DNA of 64,000 nucleotides from positions 33,616 to 97,615 of the forward strand of contig JBEBUJ010000001.1 in assembly GCA_040393365.1 (NCBI GenBank), read 5' to 3'. The notes beneath the pieces are model-generated. The model saw nothing but the letters and a program-made list of their open reading frames with translations. It made no database searches and was not told the DNA's origin. This document shows positions 43,524-53,500 of the stretch, piece after piece. Within the stretch, counting starts at the first letter, position 1, and every line of letters begins with the position of its first letter. The stretch comes from Leucobacter denitrificans (lineage in GTDB: Bacteria > Actinomycetota > Actinomycetes > Actinomycetales > Microbacteriaceae). A program made the position numbers and the translations under genes.

Positions 43524-44099
43524 ATGTCGAAGCAAGACGAGCGCGCACCCTCGGTTTCGTCTACCCTCTACGACGTTGAAAAGAATGATCCAGACTCTGT
43601 GCTTATCGACCGTTCTCGCACGTCTCCGGAAGATTTGGCGGAGATCAGCGGTGTCATGGCAGCGCTCGGGCGTTTGCGGGAGGCTGAGCAGCAACTCACT
43701 GAGGCGTCTCAGAGATATATGAAACTCGGCAGATCCGATATGCGCGCCCTGCACTTTCTTATCGTTGCGTTCCACTCGAAGACTGTGGTGACTCCGAGCG
43801 CCATCGCAGCACATCTCGGTATCTCAAGCGCATCCACTACCAAGCTCCTCGACCGTCTCGAGGCAGGCGGTCATATCGTGCGTGCCCCGCACCCGAATGA
43901 CCGCCGGGCGCTCGCGATAACGGTCACGGAGGAAACGCGGGAGGCGGCGATGCAGACGGTCGGTCGGCTGCAGGCGAAGCGCTTCCATGCCGCGGCTCGA
44001 CTGACTTCAGAAGAGCGGGCCTCTGTCGTGCGGTTTCTTGATGATATGACCGAACAGATTCATATTCGAAACGAGGCGTGGACGCAGGAGAGCACGTAG
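43524..44099 (+). CDS. crtR: MarR-family regulator of the carotenoid operon (CrtR-like)
   Basis: DMRALHFL..ISSASTTKLLDRLE..HPNDRRA; divergent from idi-crtEBI. Confidence 0.82.
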   Translation: MSKQDERAPSVSSTLYDVEKNDPDSVLIDRSRTSPEDLAEISGVMAALGRLREAEQQLTEASQRYMKLGRSDMRALHFLIVAFHSKTVVTPSAIAAHLGISSASTTKLLDRLEAGGHIVRAPHPNDRRALAITVTEETREAAMQTVGRLQAKRFHAAARLTSEERASVVRFLDDMTEQIHIRNEAWTQEST

Positions 44100-44105
44100 C
44101 CTGGC

Positions 44106-44639
44106 TCAGGCTTCGAGCCGCCCCGCGATGAGATCGATCCGTTCGTTGAAGTAGTCCGCAAGGGTTGGGGCGCCCACAAGCGAAGCGCCTGCTCGCCAGC
44201 GAACGCGAAGCTCTCCGTCCACAACGCCAAGCGGGTGCTCTGGACCAAGCTCGCGCAGAGCCGCGTCGTCAAGCGGGATCGGAACAGCGTCGTAGTGTAC
44301 GGTGCGACCCTCAGGATAGCCTCCCGCGAGGGCCGCGGCCGCGATATCTCGGCGTTCCTCCCGAGATATCGACTGGTTGCCTGGGTGGGGTCGTCTCGCG
44401 GCGCGGGTAGCGGGGCCCGCGACAAACAGTGGGTGTCCGCTCTGCTGATCCGCACTCACAAGTAATGTGCCGAGCCGCCACACGTCACCCTTGGGGCGCA
44501 TGGTGGCAGCGCGCCGAATGAGGAACACTCGTCGCACGGGTACGAACTCCGCGAGTGCCTCCGGTTCGATACCGAGTGCTCGCAAGCGCAAAGCTGCGTC
44601 GCCAGCCGCACGCACGAGAGAGTCGGCTGGCGCATTCAT
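44106..44639 (-). CDS. Conserved hypothetical protein
   Basis: VWRLGTLLV..QSISREERR..LADYFNER pattern resembling a Microbacteriaceae hypothetical family. Confidence 0.65.
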   Translation of the reverse strand: MNAPADSLVRAAGDAALRLRALGIEPEALAEFVPVRRVFLIRRAATMRPKGDVWRLGTLLVSADQQSGHPLFVAGPATRAARRPHPGNQSISREERRDIAAAALAGGYPEGRTVHYDAVPIPLDDAALRELGPEHPLGVVDGELRVRWRAGASLVGAPTLADYFNERIDLIAGRLEA

Positions 44640-44685
44640 GGATTCAGTGTATTGGGAACGGCCCGAGCGAGCCGTTCCCTGTGAA

Positions 44686-45129
44686 TCACGAGACGAGCTT
44701 TGCGTCGACCGTGATGTTGGCCCCGGCAAAGAGGCGGGAGACTGGGCAGAGCGCGGCAGCCTCGTCGACGATCTTCGTGAATGCGTCTCCGTCTAGCCCA
44801 TCGACCTTCGCGCGCACCGTGATCTTTGAAGTGGTGATCGTCGGCTTGCCATCCGCCTCTTCGAAGACGACCTCTGAGCTGATCTCGAGACGCTGCGGAG
44901 GAGCATCGTGTGACCCGAGCGTGAGCGCAAGCGCCATGGAGAAGCAGGACGAGTGTGCGGCCGCGAGCAGCTCTTCGGGGCTCGTCTTGCCCTCTGGTGC
45001 GACCGTTCTTGATCCCCAGGTGACCTGCTGCCCGTCGAGTGCACCGCTGCTCGAGTCGCCGAACGTCCCCGATCCGGCCTCGAGCGTTCCGTCCCAAGTG
45101 GTTTTCACCGTGCGTGTTGCAATGCTCAT
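44686..45129 (-). CDS. osmC: OsmC family peroxiredoxin
   Basis: TSPEELLAAAHSSCFSMAL..CPVS. Confidence 0.93.
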   Translation of the reverse strand: MSIATRTVKTTWDGTLEAGSGTFGDSSSGALDGQQVTWGSRTVAPEGKTSPEELLAAAHSSCFSMALALTLGSHDAPPQRLEISSEVVFEEADGKPTITTSKITVRAKVDGLDGDAFTKIVDEAAALCPVSRLFAGANITVDAKLVS

Positions 45130-45254
45130 TGTGCTCCCCTTCGATTCTCACCAGATCTCTTGTGGGTAATGACACTACCCCTCGCGAGAGGCAAAAGACA
45201 GGTCTCGCGAACCACCCGATATATGAGTAGCTGATAGACCTCTAAGCTGAGCGG

Positions 45255-46856
45255 GTGACACATCTTCGTTCTCGCCGCTCAGCGACGATCCGCGCAATGC
45301 TGCTGGTGCTAATTGGCTCAGCAGGCATGCAGGTCGGGGCCGCGGTGGCGCTCGTGCTCTTCGACGACCTCGGTCCGGCGGGCACGAGCGGACTCCGTCT
45401 CCTGATCGCGGGGCTCCTCATGGTCGCCCTGTTTCGTCCTCGATTGCGAGGCCGCACGCGCGAAGAGTGGATCGGCATACTCCTCTACGGCACCGCCATG
45501 GCGGCGATGAGTTTGCTGCTCTATCAGGCGCTTGAGCGACTTCCGCTCGGGGTTGCGACAACGCTCGACTTTCTAGGTCCGTGCGCAGTCGCGTTCCTCG
45601 CGTCGCGCCGCCTGCGCGAGGGGCTTCTCGCAATTGCCGCCTTCACAGGAGTCACGATGTTGGCAGGATTTGGCGGCCCATTTGACCCCATCGGTCTCGT
45701 GTGGGGCGTGCTCGCCGGAGCGAGCTTCGCGGGGTACACATTGCTCGCGCCGCGTATCGGGAAGTCTGACAGCGGTATGCAGAGCGTCGCACTCGCACTC
45801 GTGGTTGCAGCCGTGTTGACGCTCCCGTTCTCTGCGCCACTCGTCACGAGCACTACCCTCCCGCAGTGGGGTTTGCTCGCGCTCTCCGCGGTCGTGGGTA
45901 CCGCGATACCGTTTGTGGTCGACACGCTCGCAGGCAGGCTGACGTCTGCGAGGGTGCTTGGGGTGTTCTTCGCATTCGACCCCGTGCTCGGAACGCTCGT
46001 GGGTGCGCTGTTCCTCGGCCAACTGCTCACGCCAATCGCGCTCCTCGGAATTGCGCTCGTTGTGTGTGCGGGGGCCGGGATTGTGTGGTTGGCTGGCAAG
46101 CATCAGACCGACGTAACTTTGGAGTCGAAGGAGCTGCCAGTGGAATCCGCATCAGAGTCGATTGAGATCGAACGGAAGTATGAGGTCCCTGCAGAGGCAC
46201 TGGTGCCGGGATCAGATGCGTTTACGGCAGTCGGACTCAGTACGGGCCGCTTCGTGACGCACGAGCTTCACGCGCGATACTTTGACACCGCTGACGGAGT
46301 GCTCGCCCGCAACCGATTCGCGCTGCGCATGCGCACCGGTGGATCGGATGCGGGGTGGCACCTCAAAGAGAAGGGTGAGCACGGTACTCGCGAGCTGCAC
46401 TGGCCGATCAGTGCCGAGCTGCCCCCTGCGCTCGCTCATGAGCTGCGTGAGCGGCTCGGTGTCGATGCTGCAGATATTGCCCCGCTCGCCGAACTGCGGA
46501 CTGAGCGTCGCGTGATGCGGCTGTCAGATCGTGACGGAACCGAGGTGGTCGAACTCGCTGACGACCGTGTGCTCGCGACTGACCTGCGTGGCGGGCCAGG
46601 TGGATCAGTGCGTCGGGCATGGCGTGAGTGGGAAGCAGAGCTCATGCCAGGGGCGGATCCTGAGTGGCTCGAAACGATCGAGCCTGTACTTGCCGTTGCC
46701 GGAGCGGCGCCATCTCCAAGCTCAGCAAAGATTGCGCGAGCGACGGGGAGCCTCATCACGCTCGCGCAATCTCGCGGCGCATCGGACGAGGTGATCGCGC
46801 AGTTGCAGGAGATGGACAGACTCGACCGCGAGACTGCACGTAGGCTGGTGTTATGA
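45255..46856 (+). CDS. EamA (RhtA-like) transporter fused in frame to a CYTH domain
   Basis: About 280 aa DMT-type hydrophobic domain, then EIERKY..YFDTAD..LRMRTGGSDAGWHLK..WREWEAEL. Confidence 0.8.
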   Translation: MTHLRSRRSATIRAMLLVLIGSAGMQVGAAVALVLFDDLGPAGTSGLRLLIAGLLMVALFRPRLRGRTREEWIGILLYGTAMAAMSLLLYQALERLPLGVATTLDFLGPCAVAFLASRRLREGLLAIAAFTGVTMLAGFGGPFDPIGLVWGVLAGASFAGYTLLAPRIGKSDSGMQSVALALVVAAVLTLPFSAPLVTSTTLPQWGLLALSAVVGTAIPFVVDTLAGRLTSARVLGVFFAFDPVLGTLVGALFLGQLLTPIALLGIALVVCAGAGIVWLAGKHQTDVTLESKELPVESASESIEIERKYEVPAEALVPGSDAFTAVGLSTGRFVTHELHARYFDTADGVLARNRFALRMRTGGSDAGWHLKEKGEHGTRELHWPISAELPPALAHELRERLGVDAADIAPLAELRTERRVMRLSDRDGTEVVELADDRVLATDLRGGPGGSVRRAWREWEAELMPGADPEWLETIEPVLAVAGAAPSPSSAKIARATGSLITLAQSRGASDEVIAQLQEMDRLDRETARRLVL

Positions 46857-47041
46857 ACAAGTCACGCAAGAGCGACGGGCCCTCGCCTCAGGCGCGACGC
46901 AAGCAAATTATTGTGGGGCTCGTGATGGGCGCCGTGATGGGGATCATCATCAGTGCTCTGACCCAGTTCTGGCTGTGGTTGCCCGCGGGTCTCGCGCTCG
47001 GTCTCGCGACCGGCGCGATCATGAAGCCGCCAGCGGAGTAG
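46853..47041 (+). CDS. Small two-TM membrane protein
   Basis: 62 aa, hydrophobic; ATGA overlap with the upstream gene. Confidence 0.7.
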   Translation: MNKSRKSDGPSPQARRKQIIVGLVMGAVMGIIISALTQFWLWLPAGLALGLATGAIMKPPAE

Positions 47042-47183
47042 CGGTGAGGCGGTGTGCCGATGCTGCTCAGAGTGTCGGTTTCACTAGTCGGCATGATTTA
47101 TTGCGACGAAAACCGCAGGCGTTTAGAGTTAATACAACAAATTCAGTTAGCACCACGGGAATCAACGGAGAGCTCGAAGAAGC

Positions 47184-48605
47184 ATGGAACAGACAGTATT
47201 TGAAACCCATCGACCAGCAGCGCGCATCATCGATGACTCGCTCGCCGGGACGAAGCTCAGCGTCTACTGGACCGATGATGTCTCTGACGACGCGCCACGA
47301 TATGCCGAGCTCGACGGCGACCAGCAGGTCGATGATGCTGTCGTCGGCGGCGGTTACGCGGGGCTCTGGACCGCAATCAAACTGAAGACTCTGCACCCCG
47401 AGCGTCGCGTCATGCTGCTTGAATCCGTGCGGATCGGGTGGGCTGCATCCAGCCGCAACGGCGGGTTCTGCGAGGCCAGTATCACGCACGGCGAGCCGAA
47501 CGCAGAATCACGTTGGCCCGATGAGACCGGGGTTCTGCGCAGGATCGGGCACGAGAACCTTGACGCGATGGAACAGTTCATCTCGGAACACAACCTTGAC
47601 GTCGACTTTGAGCGCACCGGCGTGCTGAGCGTTGCGAACAACGCGCACCAGGTTGAGTGGGTGGGCGGGAGCAGCGATCCAGACGTGACCGTGCTCGATA
47701 AGGAAGAGGTGCGGGGGCGTATTAATTCCCCGACCTTCCTCGCGGGTGAGTTTGCCTCTCGCGAAAACGCGCTCCTGCACCCTGCGAAGCTCGCGGTCGA
47801 ACTCGCGAAGCACGCTGCATCGATCGGCGTCGAGATTCACGAGGGCACGCCAGTGGACCGACTCGACGGTGCGATCGATGCGCCGATCCGCCTCGAAACG
47901 AGCCACGGAACCGTGACTGCAAACCGCGTGGCCCTCTGCACGAATGTGTACCCCTCGCTGCTCAAGCGGTACCGCTTTCATACGGTGCCGGTGTACGACT
48001 ATGTGCTCATGACTGAGCCACTCACCGATGAGCAGCTCGCGTCGATTGGGTGGGAGGGGCGTGAGGGGCTCGCCGACATGGCGAACCAGTTCCACTATTC
48101 GAGGCTCACGAAAGACAACCGCATTCTCTGGGGCGGATACGACGCCGTGTACCACGCTGGCGGTCGCATCAAGCGTGAGTACGAGGATCGGATGGAGAGC
48201 CACAGGCGGCTCGCAAGTCACTTCTTCACGACCTTCCCGCAGCTCGCTGGGATCAAGTTCACGCACCGCTGGGCCGGCGTCATAGACACCTCGACCAGGT
48301 TTTGCGCCTTCTTCGGCAAGGCGTACGGCGGGCGCGTGCAGTATGTCTCGGGCTTCACCGGGCTCGGTGTTGGTGCTACCCACTTCGCGGCAGACGTCAT
48401 CGTCGATCGGCTCGAGGGTCGAGTCACCGAGCGCACTGAGCTCGAGATGGTGCGTGAGGTTCCGCTTCCATTCCCACCCGAGCCCGCGGCGTCGATAGGC
48501 ATCAACCTCACCCGTTGGTCTCTCGATCGTGCCGATCACAACCGCGGCAAACGAAATCTGCTCCTCAAGACGCTTGACGCCTTAGGTCTGGGGTTCGACT
48601 CGTGA
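47184..48605 (+). CDS. FAD-dependent oxidoreductase (PuuB/DadA-like)
   Basis: VGGGYAGLW, ASSRNGGF, GFTGLGVG. Confidence 0.88.
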   Translation: MEQTVFETHRPAARIIDDSLAGTKLSVYWTDDVSDDAPRYAELDGDQQVDDAVVGGGYAGLWTAIKLKTLHPERRVMLLESVRIGWAASSRNGGFCEASITHGEPNAESRWPDETGVLRRIGHENLDAMEQFISEHNLDVDFERTGVLSVANNAHQVEWVGGSSDPDVTVLDKEEVRGRINSPTFLAGEFASRENALLHPAKLAVELAKHAASIGVEIHEGTPVDRLDGAIDAPIRLETSHGTVTANRVALCTNVYPSLLKRYRFHTVPVYDYVLMTEPLTDEQLASIGWEGREGLADMANQFHYSRLTKDNRILWGGYDAVYHAGGRIKREYEDRMESHRRLASHFFTTFPQLAGIKFTHRWAGVIDTSTRFCAFFGKAYGGRVQYVSGFTGLGVGATHFAADVIVDRLEGRVTERTELEMVREVPLPFPPEPAASIGINLTRWSLDRADHNRGKRNLLLKTLDALGLGFDS

Positions 48606-48979
48606 GCGAGCTGCTTCCCGAGGGGATCAATGAGAGCGTCTCTGGTCTCGACGCTGATATTTCTTTCGAGGCGGTAGACCCCGCGGACACTGTCACGGGA
48701 TCACCCGTGCAGGGCGTAGCTGAACTCGGATCGATCGGCGAAACCGCCTTGGGTATCTGGGAGCTGCGCGGCGGCACCGTGACCGATACCGAGGTAGATG
48801 AGCTTTTCGTCGTGCTTTCGGGTGGAGCGACAATCGAGTTCCTTGACGAAACACGCGCCGACGGCTCTCCGAGGATGGTCGACGTGAAGGCAGGCGACGT
48901 CATGCGACTCGTTGCGGGCAGCCGCACGCGTTGGAGCGTCGACGACCACATTCGTAAGGTGTACATCGCCGAAGCATAG
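48602..48979 (+). CDS. Cupin (cupin_3/EutQ-like)
   Basis: GIWEL..DELFVVLSG..GDV..TRWSV..RKVY; coupled to the oxidoreductase. Confidence 0.85.
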   Translation: MSELLPEGINESVSGLDADISFEAVDPADTVTGSPVQGVAELGSIGETALGIWELRGGTVTDTEVDELFVVLSGGATIEFLDETRADGSPRMVDVKAGDVMRLVAGSRTRWSVDDHIRKVYIAEA

Positions 48980-49072
48980 GGGTGCAGTACGCGCCCACTG
49001 GTGCGCATGTTTCGCACACCAGTATGATGTTCTCCGGTGCGCACGTGGGTCTGCGCCTAGAAAGAGGATCTC

Positions 49073-50470
49073 ATGGCGCTGCCCTGGAAGCTGCACGGCG
49101 ACGGAACGACAGTCGCACCAGACGCGATTGTTCTCCCCGAGGAGCGGCTCGGGTGGGCAAAGACCATCGGTTTCGGTGCTCAGCACGTTGTCGCGATGTT
49201 CGGGGCGACCTTCCTGGTGCCACTCATCACCGGGTTCCCTCCGACTGCGACCCTTTTCTTCTCAGGGCTCGGAACGCTCCTGTTCCTGCTGATAACGGGA
49301 AACCGCCTGCCGAGTTACCTCGGTTCGTCGTTTGCGTTCCTCGCACCTATCGCGGTGGCAACGGCGGGGTTCGACTACGCTGACGTTGCGGGACTTGCCC
49401 GCGCTTCGTTTGCCATCGTGATCATGGGCGTCTTGCTCGCGATCGTCGGCATCCTCGTGCAGCGCTTTGGTATTGGCTGGGTCAACGCCCTCATGCCGCC
49501 TGTAGTCATGGGTGCGATTGTCGCGCTCATCGGCTTCAACCTCGCTCCTGCGGTAAAGAACAACTGGTTCGGCAACGTAGCGAATAATCCAGACGCTGAC
49601 CCCACCCTGCACTCGACTGCAGCACTTATCACGATCGGCTCGATCATTCTGATCACCGTGCTGTTCCGTGGCCTCATCGGGCGACTCTCGATCGTGCTCG
49701 GCATGGCTGTCGGCTACATTGCCGCAGCGCTCATGGGCATTGTCGATTTCAGCGGGGTTCGGGATGCTGCGTGGTTCGGACTCCCCGAGTTCCATCTTCC
49801 GGCGAGTCCGTTCGAAGACCCGGCGCTGTGGGGTATTCTTCCTGCGTTTCTGCCGGTCGTGCTCGTGCTTGTCGCTGAGAACGTGGGGCACGTAAAGAGC
49901 GTCGGGCTCATGATTGAGCGAGATCTTGATCCCGTTACGGGGCGCGCGCTGCTTGCGGATGGCCTCTCGACCATGCTTGCCGGCTTCGGTGGCGGATCGG
50001 CAACGACCACCTATGGTGAGAACATCGGAGTGATGGCAGCGACCCGCGTCTATTCCACCGCTGCCTACTGGGTCGCTGGCATCATCGCGATCTTCCTCGG
50101 ATTCTCACCAAAAGTTGGCGAGCTCATCTTCTCGGTACCGGCCGGTGTGCTCGGCGGAGTGACGGTTGCGCTGTATGGCCTCATCGGGCTCATCGGCGTC
50201 AAGATCTGGATCGACAACCGGGTCGACTTCTCGAAGCCAATCAACCAGTTCACGGCCGCGATTGCACTCATCGTGGGAATCGCCGATTTCGGAATGCAGC
50301 TTGGCGACGTCCTCTTCAACGGCATCGCCCTCGGCTCAATTGCCGCAATTGTCGTGTACCACCTCATGCGCGCCGTGACCCGTGTGCGCGGAGGCGAGGT
50401 CGATGTCGTCGATCCCGTGGTAACTGGCGGCGAGCTCGTCGAAACTTCGGCAGAAGAAACACCGAGATAA
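49073..50470 (+). CDS. Uracil-xanthine permease (NCS2)
   Basis: QHVVAMFGAT, YLGSSFAF, ENVGH, TTYGENIG. Confidence 0.93.
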   Translation: MALPWKLHGDGTTVAPDAIVLPEERLGWAKTIGFGAQHVVAMFGATFLVPLITGFPPTATLFFSGLGTLLFLLITGNRLPSYLGSSFAFLAPIAVATAGFDYADVAGLARASFAIVIMGVLLAIVGILVQRFGIGWVNALMPPVVMGAIVALIGFNLAPAVKNNWFGNVANNPDADPTLHSTAALITIGSIILITVLFRGLIGRLSIVLGMAVGYIAAALMGIVDFSGVRDAAWFGLPEFHLPASPFEDPALWGILPAFLPVVLVLVAENVGHVKSVGLMIERDLDPVTGRALLADGLSTMLAGFGGGSATTTYGENIGVMAATRVYSTAAYWVAGIIAIFLGFSPKVGELIFSVPAGVLGGVTVALYGLIGLIGVKIWIDNRVDFSKPINQFTAAIALIVGIADFGMQLGDVLFNGIALGSIAAIVVYHLMRAVTRVRGGEVDVVDPVVTGGELVETSAEETPR

Positions 50471-50508
50471 TTCCGCGAGAAACCGTGTTTACCGCTTAGG
50501 GTTGCGGT

Positions 50509-53500
50509 GTGTGGAGTGTGGATCGACGTAGGCGTTCCGAACCAAGAGAAGACGCCGTAGAGACACCGGAAGCCGCTCAGGCGGCACGGCCGGTAGGCGA
50601 GCGCGCGCCTGAACCCTCGCTCGCGGCGAATCTTTCTGTCGACCACCTGGCCTCAGAAATTGGAGGGCCGGTATCTGTTGTGGAAGCGTTCACCGCGGAA
50701 CACGAGGCGTGGCGGAAAGAGATCGCAGGCATCGGTGGGCGAAACCCATTGCTCTACTTCGATGATCACCCGGCGAATCGCATCGAGCTTTCCACCACCC
50801 ACCCGGGCGGGCTACCGCAGTTCATTTCGGGCAACAAGATATTACTCTCCGCGCTCATTCGCGATGACCTCGCGCTTCGACACGCACGGGCCGCAGCAGC
50901 TCGGGTCACCGATAAGGCAAATGAGATGCGCGCAGTGCGCGGCATCGAGACGGTCAACCTTGCAGTGGGTCTTGCGAAATGGGGCTTCGAGGGCGACGAG
51001 TTTTCAGCCCCGGTGCTGTTGCGCCCGCTCGCGATCCGCCGTTACGGCCGCGACTTTGAACTCAAGCTCAAGAAATACCCGGTCGTCAATTCTGAGCTCA
51101 TCCGTGCGCTTCGCGAGCAACTCGGCATTACCATCGATGCGCGTTCTCTGATCGAACTCTCGCAGTCTGAAGGCGTGTTCAAGCCGCAGCCGGTTATCGA
51201 TCGACTGCGGCAAATGGTCGCGGGCGTTCCAGATTTCGTTGTGCAACCGCGACTCGTGGTCTCGTCGTTTCATAATGTGTCTCAACGCATGCTCAGCGAC
51301 GCGGTGCGACTCGATACGCCACTGCTCAATGCCGTGTGCGGCAGCGAACCCGCAAGACGCGCACTCACCGAGAGCTATCGCCCGGTGAGTCCGGTTTCCC
51401 CTGATCGCACTGCGCCGGAGACCGATCGCTGCCTCTACGATTCTGATCCAGAACAAGACGACGTGCTCGCGCAGATCGATGCGGGCCATTCGCTCGTCGT
51501 TCACCAGCTTCCTGGCACTGGCGGTACACAGACTGTGGTGAATGCGATCGGAAACCTGGTGCGTGCTGGCAAGCGCGTGCTCGTGGTTTCGCCGCGCCGA
51601 TCCACCATCGACGGCATCACACACAGGCTTACCCGCGCAGGTCTGCCTGGGCTTGCAGTCACGCCGCGACATCTTCGGCGCAATCTTGTTGAAGGCATCA
51701 GTCGTAACGAGAACGCGTCAGCCGAACACATGCGTGACGTTGACGAGGCACTCGTGCGACTGCGCAGTGTGCTGCTCGACTACCGCGATGCACTCGCGCA
51801 AACTGACGAACGGTTCGGGGTGACACCCCTCGAGGCGTTGCGCCAGCTCACGCACCTCTCGCTCGGCGAGAACCCGCCATCGACCACGGTGCGCCTCGAC
51901 GATCAGTCGCTCGGGCAGCTCACCATCGACCGCTCCTCGGTTGCAGATGATCTCACAGAGGCGGCACGGCTCGGGCAGTTCCAGTACGGACCCGAGGATT
52001 CGCCCTGGTATGGAGTCGACTTCGCGACCACCGAAGAGGCGCGCGCCGCCTATCAAGTTGCGGTAGATCTCGCGGAGTCGCAGCTACCTCGGCTTATCTC
52101 TCTGGCAAACGAGGTCGTTGAGCAGACATCGATGCGCCCCTACGAGACGATCTCTGAGCTCGGCGTGTTTCTCCGGCTGCTCATGGGCGTGCGTGACACG
52201 CTCGATCGTTTTACCCCTGAAGTGTATGACAGGTCGCTCGCAGAGGTCATTGCGGCTCACGCCCCACGTGGCGGTGAAGATATGTCGCCAGCGAACCGGC
52301 GCAGGCTGCGCAAGCTCGCTCGCGAGTACGTGCGCCCCGGCGTGAGCATCACTGACATGTACGCAAGGCTCGTGCAGATTCAGCAGCAGCGCGTGCTGTG
52401 GCAGCGCTACACAACCATCGTTGGCGCAAGGCCAGAGGTGCCTCTCGGTATTGCAGACGTCGTTGTTGCATTCCAGGCCGCGTACCAAGATCTCGACAAG
52501 CTTGACGGGGTGCTTGGCACGACTCACGATGCCGACCGGTTGAAGAACCTGGCGCTCCAAGATCTTGCCTCCCGCATCTCTGAACTCGCCAAAGAGTCTG
52601 AGGTGCTGCAGAACATTCAAGAGCGCACGACGATTGTCGAGCGGCTCCGAAGCGCACGGCTCGGTCCGCTGCTCGATGATCTCTCGGCGCGTCATATTCC
52701 CGCAGACCAGGTCGCTGCAGAGCTTGAGCTCGCCTGGTGGCAGTCGGTGCTCGAGCGAATGCTCAAGACGAACCCCGCGCTCCTGAGCGCGAATACCGGG
52801 GTCATTGAGCGGCTCGAAGCTGATTTCCGTCTCGTCGACGATGCACATGCCGGTGCGAACGGCTCATTGCTTGCATCGAAACTGGCTGATGCTTGGCGTA
52901 TCGCAGTGCTCGATAACAAGCAGGAAGCGCTCGCGCTCCGGGGTTCGCTGCGAAGCGGATACGTGACCATCGCCGCACTTGCACAGGATGCGCCGACGCT
53001 GTTCGGTGCGCTTGCACCGGTGCTCGCAATGTCGCCGTATGAGGTGCCCCAGATCTCCGAATCTATGCGATTCGACACCGTGATTCTCGTAGATGCCGGT
53101 GCGACGACGCTCGCTGAGAATCTCGGCGCGATCAGGCGAGCAGAGCAGGTGGTCGCGTTTGGCGATGGCATCACTCAGACCCCTTCGCCGTTCGAGATTT
53201 CGGTGCGGGCCCCAGAAGATGGCGAAGCTGAGGTCGAAGCAGAGACTGACAAACGGTCGGCGTTCGCGGCTCTCGGCGAGGTACTTCCGATGCTGAAGCT
53301 CACTCGCAGCTATCGTGCGGGCGGCGAAGACCTCACGAACCTGGTGAACACGCGGTTCTACGACGGCGAGATTCAATCATTGCCGTGGGCTGGCAGCTTC
53401 CTCGGCCATTCGAGTCTCACCTATGAGTTTGTCTCGACCGGGCAGGGGCTTCCAGATCAGCAGACCGGTGCGGTAGAGAGTACCGACGCAGAGGTGGATC

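Noticed and set aside
35420-44100. Integrative element at tRNA-Arg carrying the carotenoid cluster
   Set aside because: No integrase and no duplicate of the tRNA 3' end found by eye
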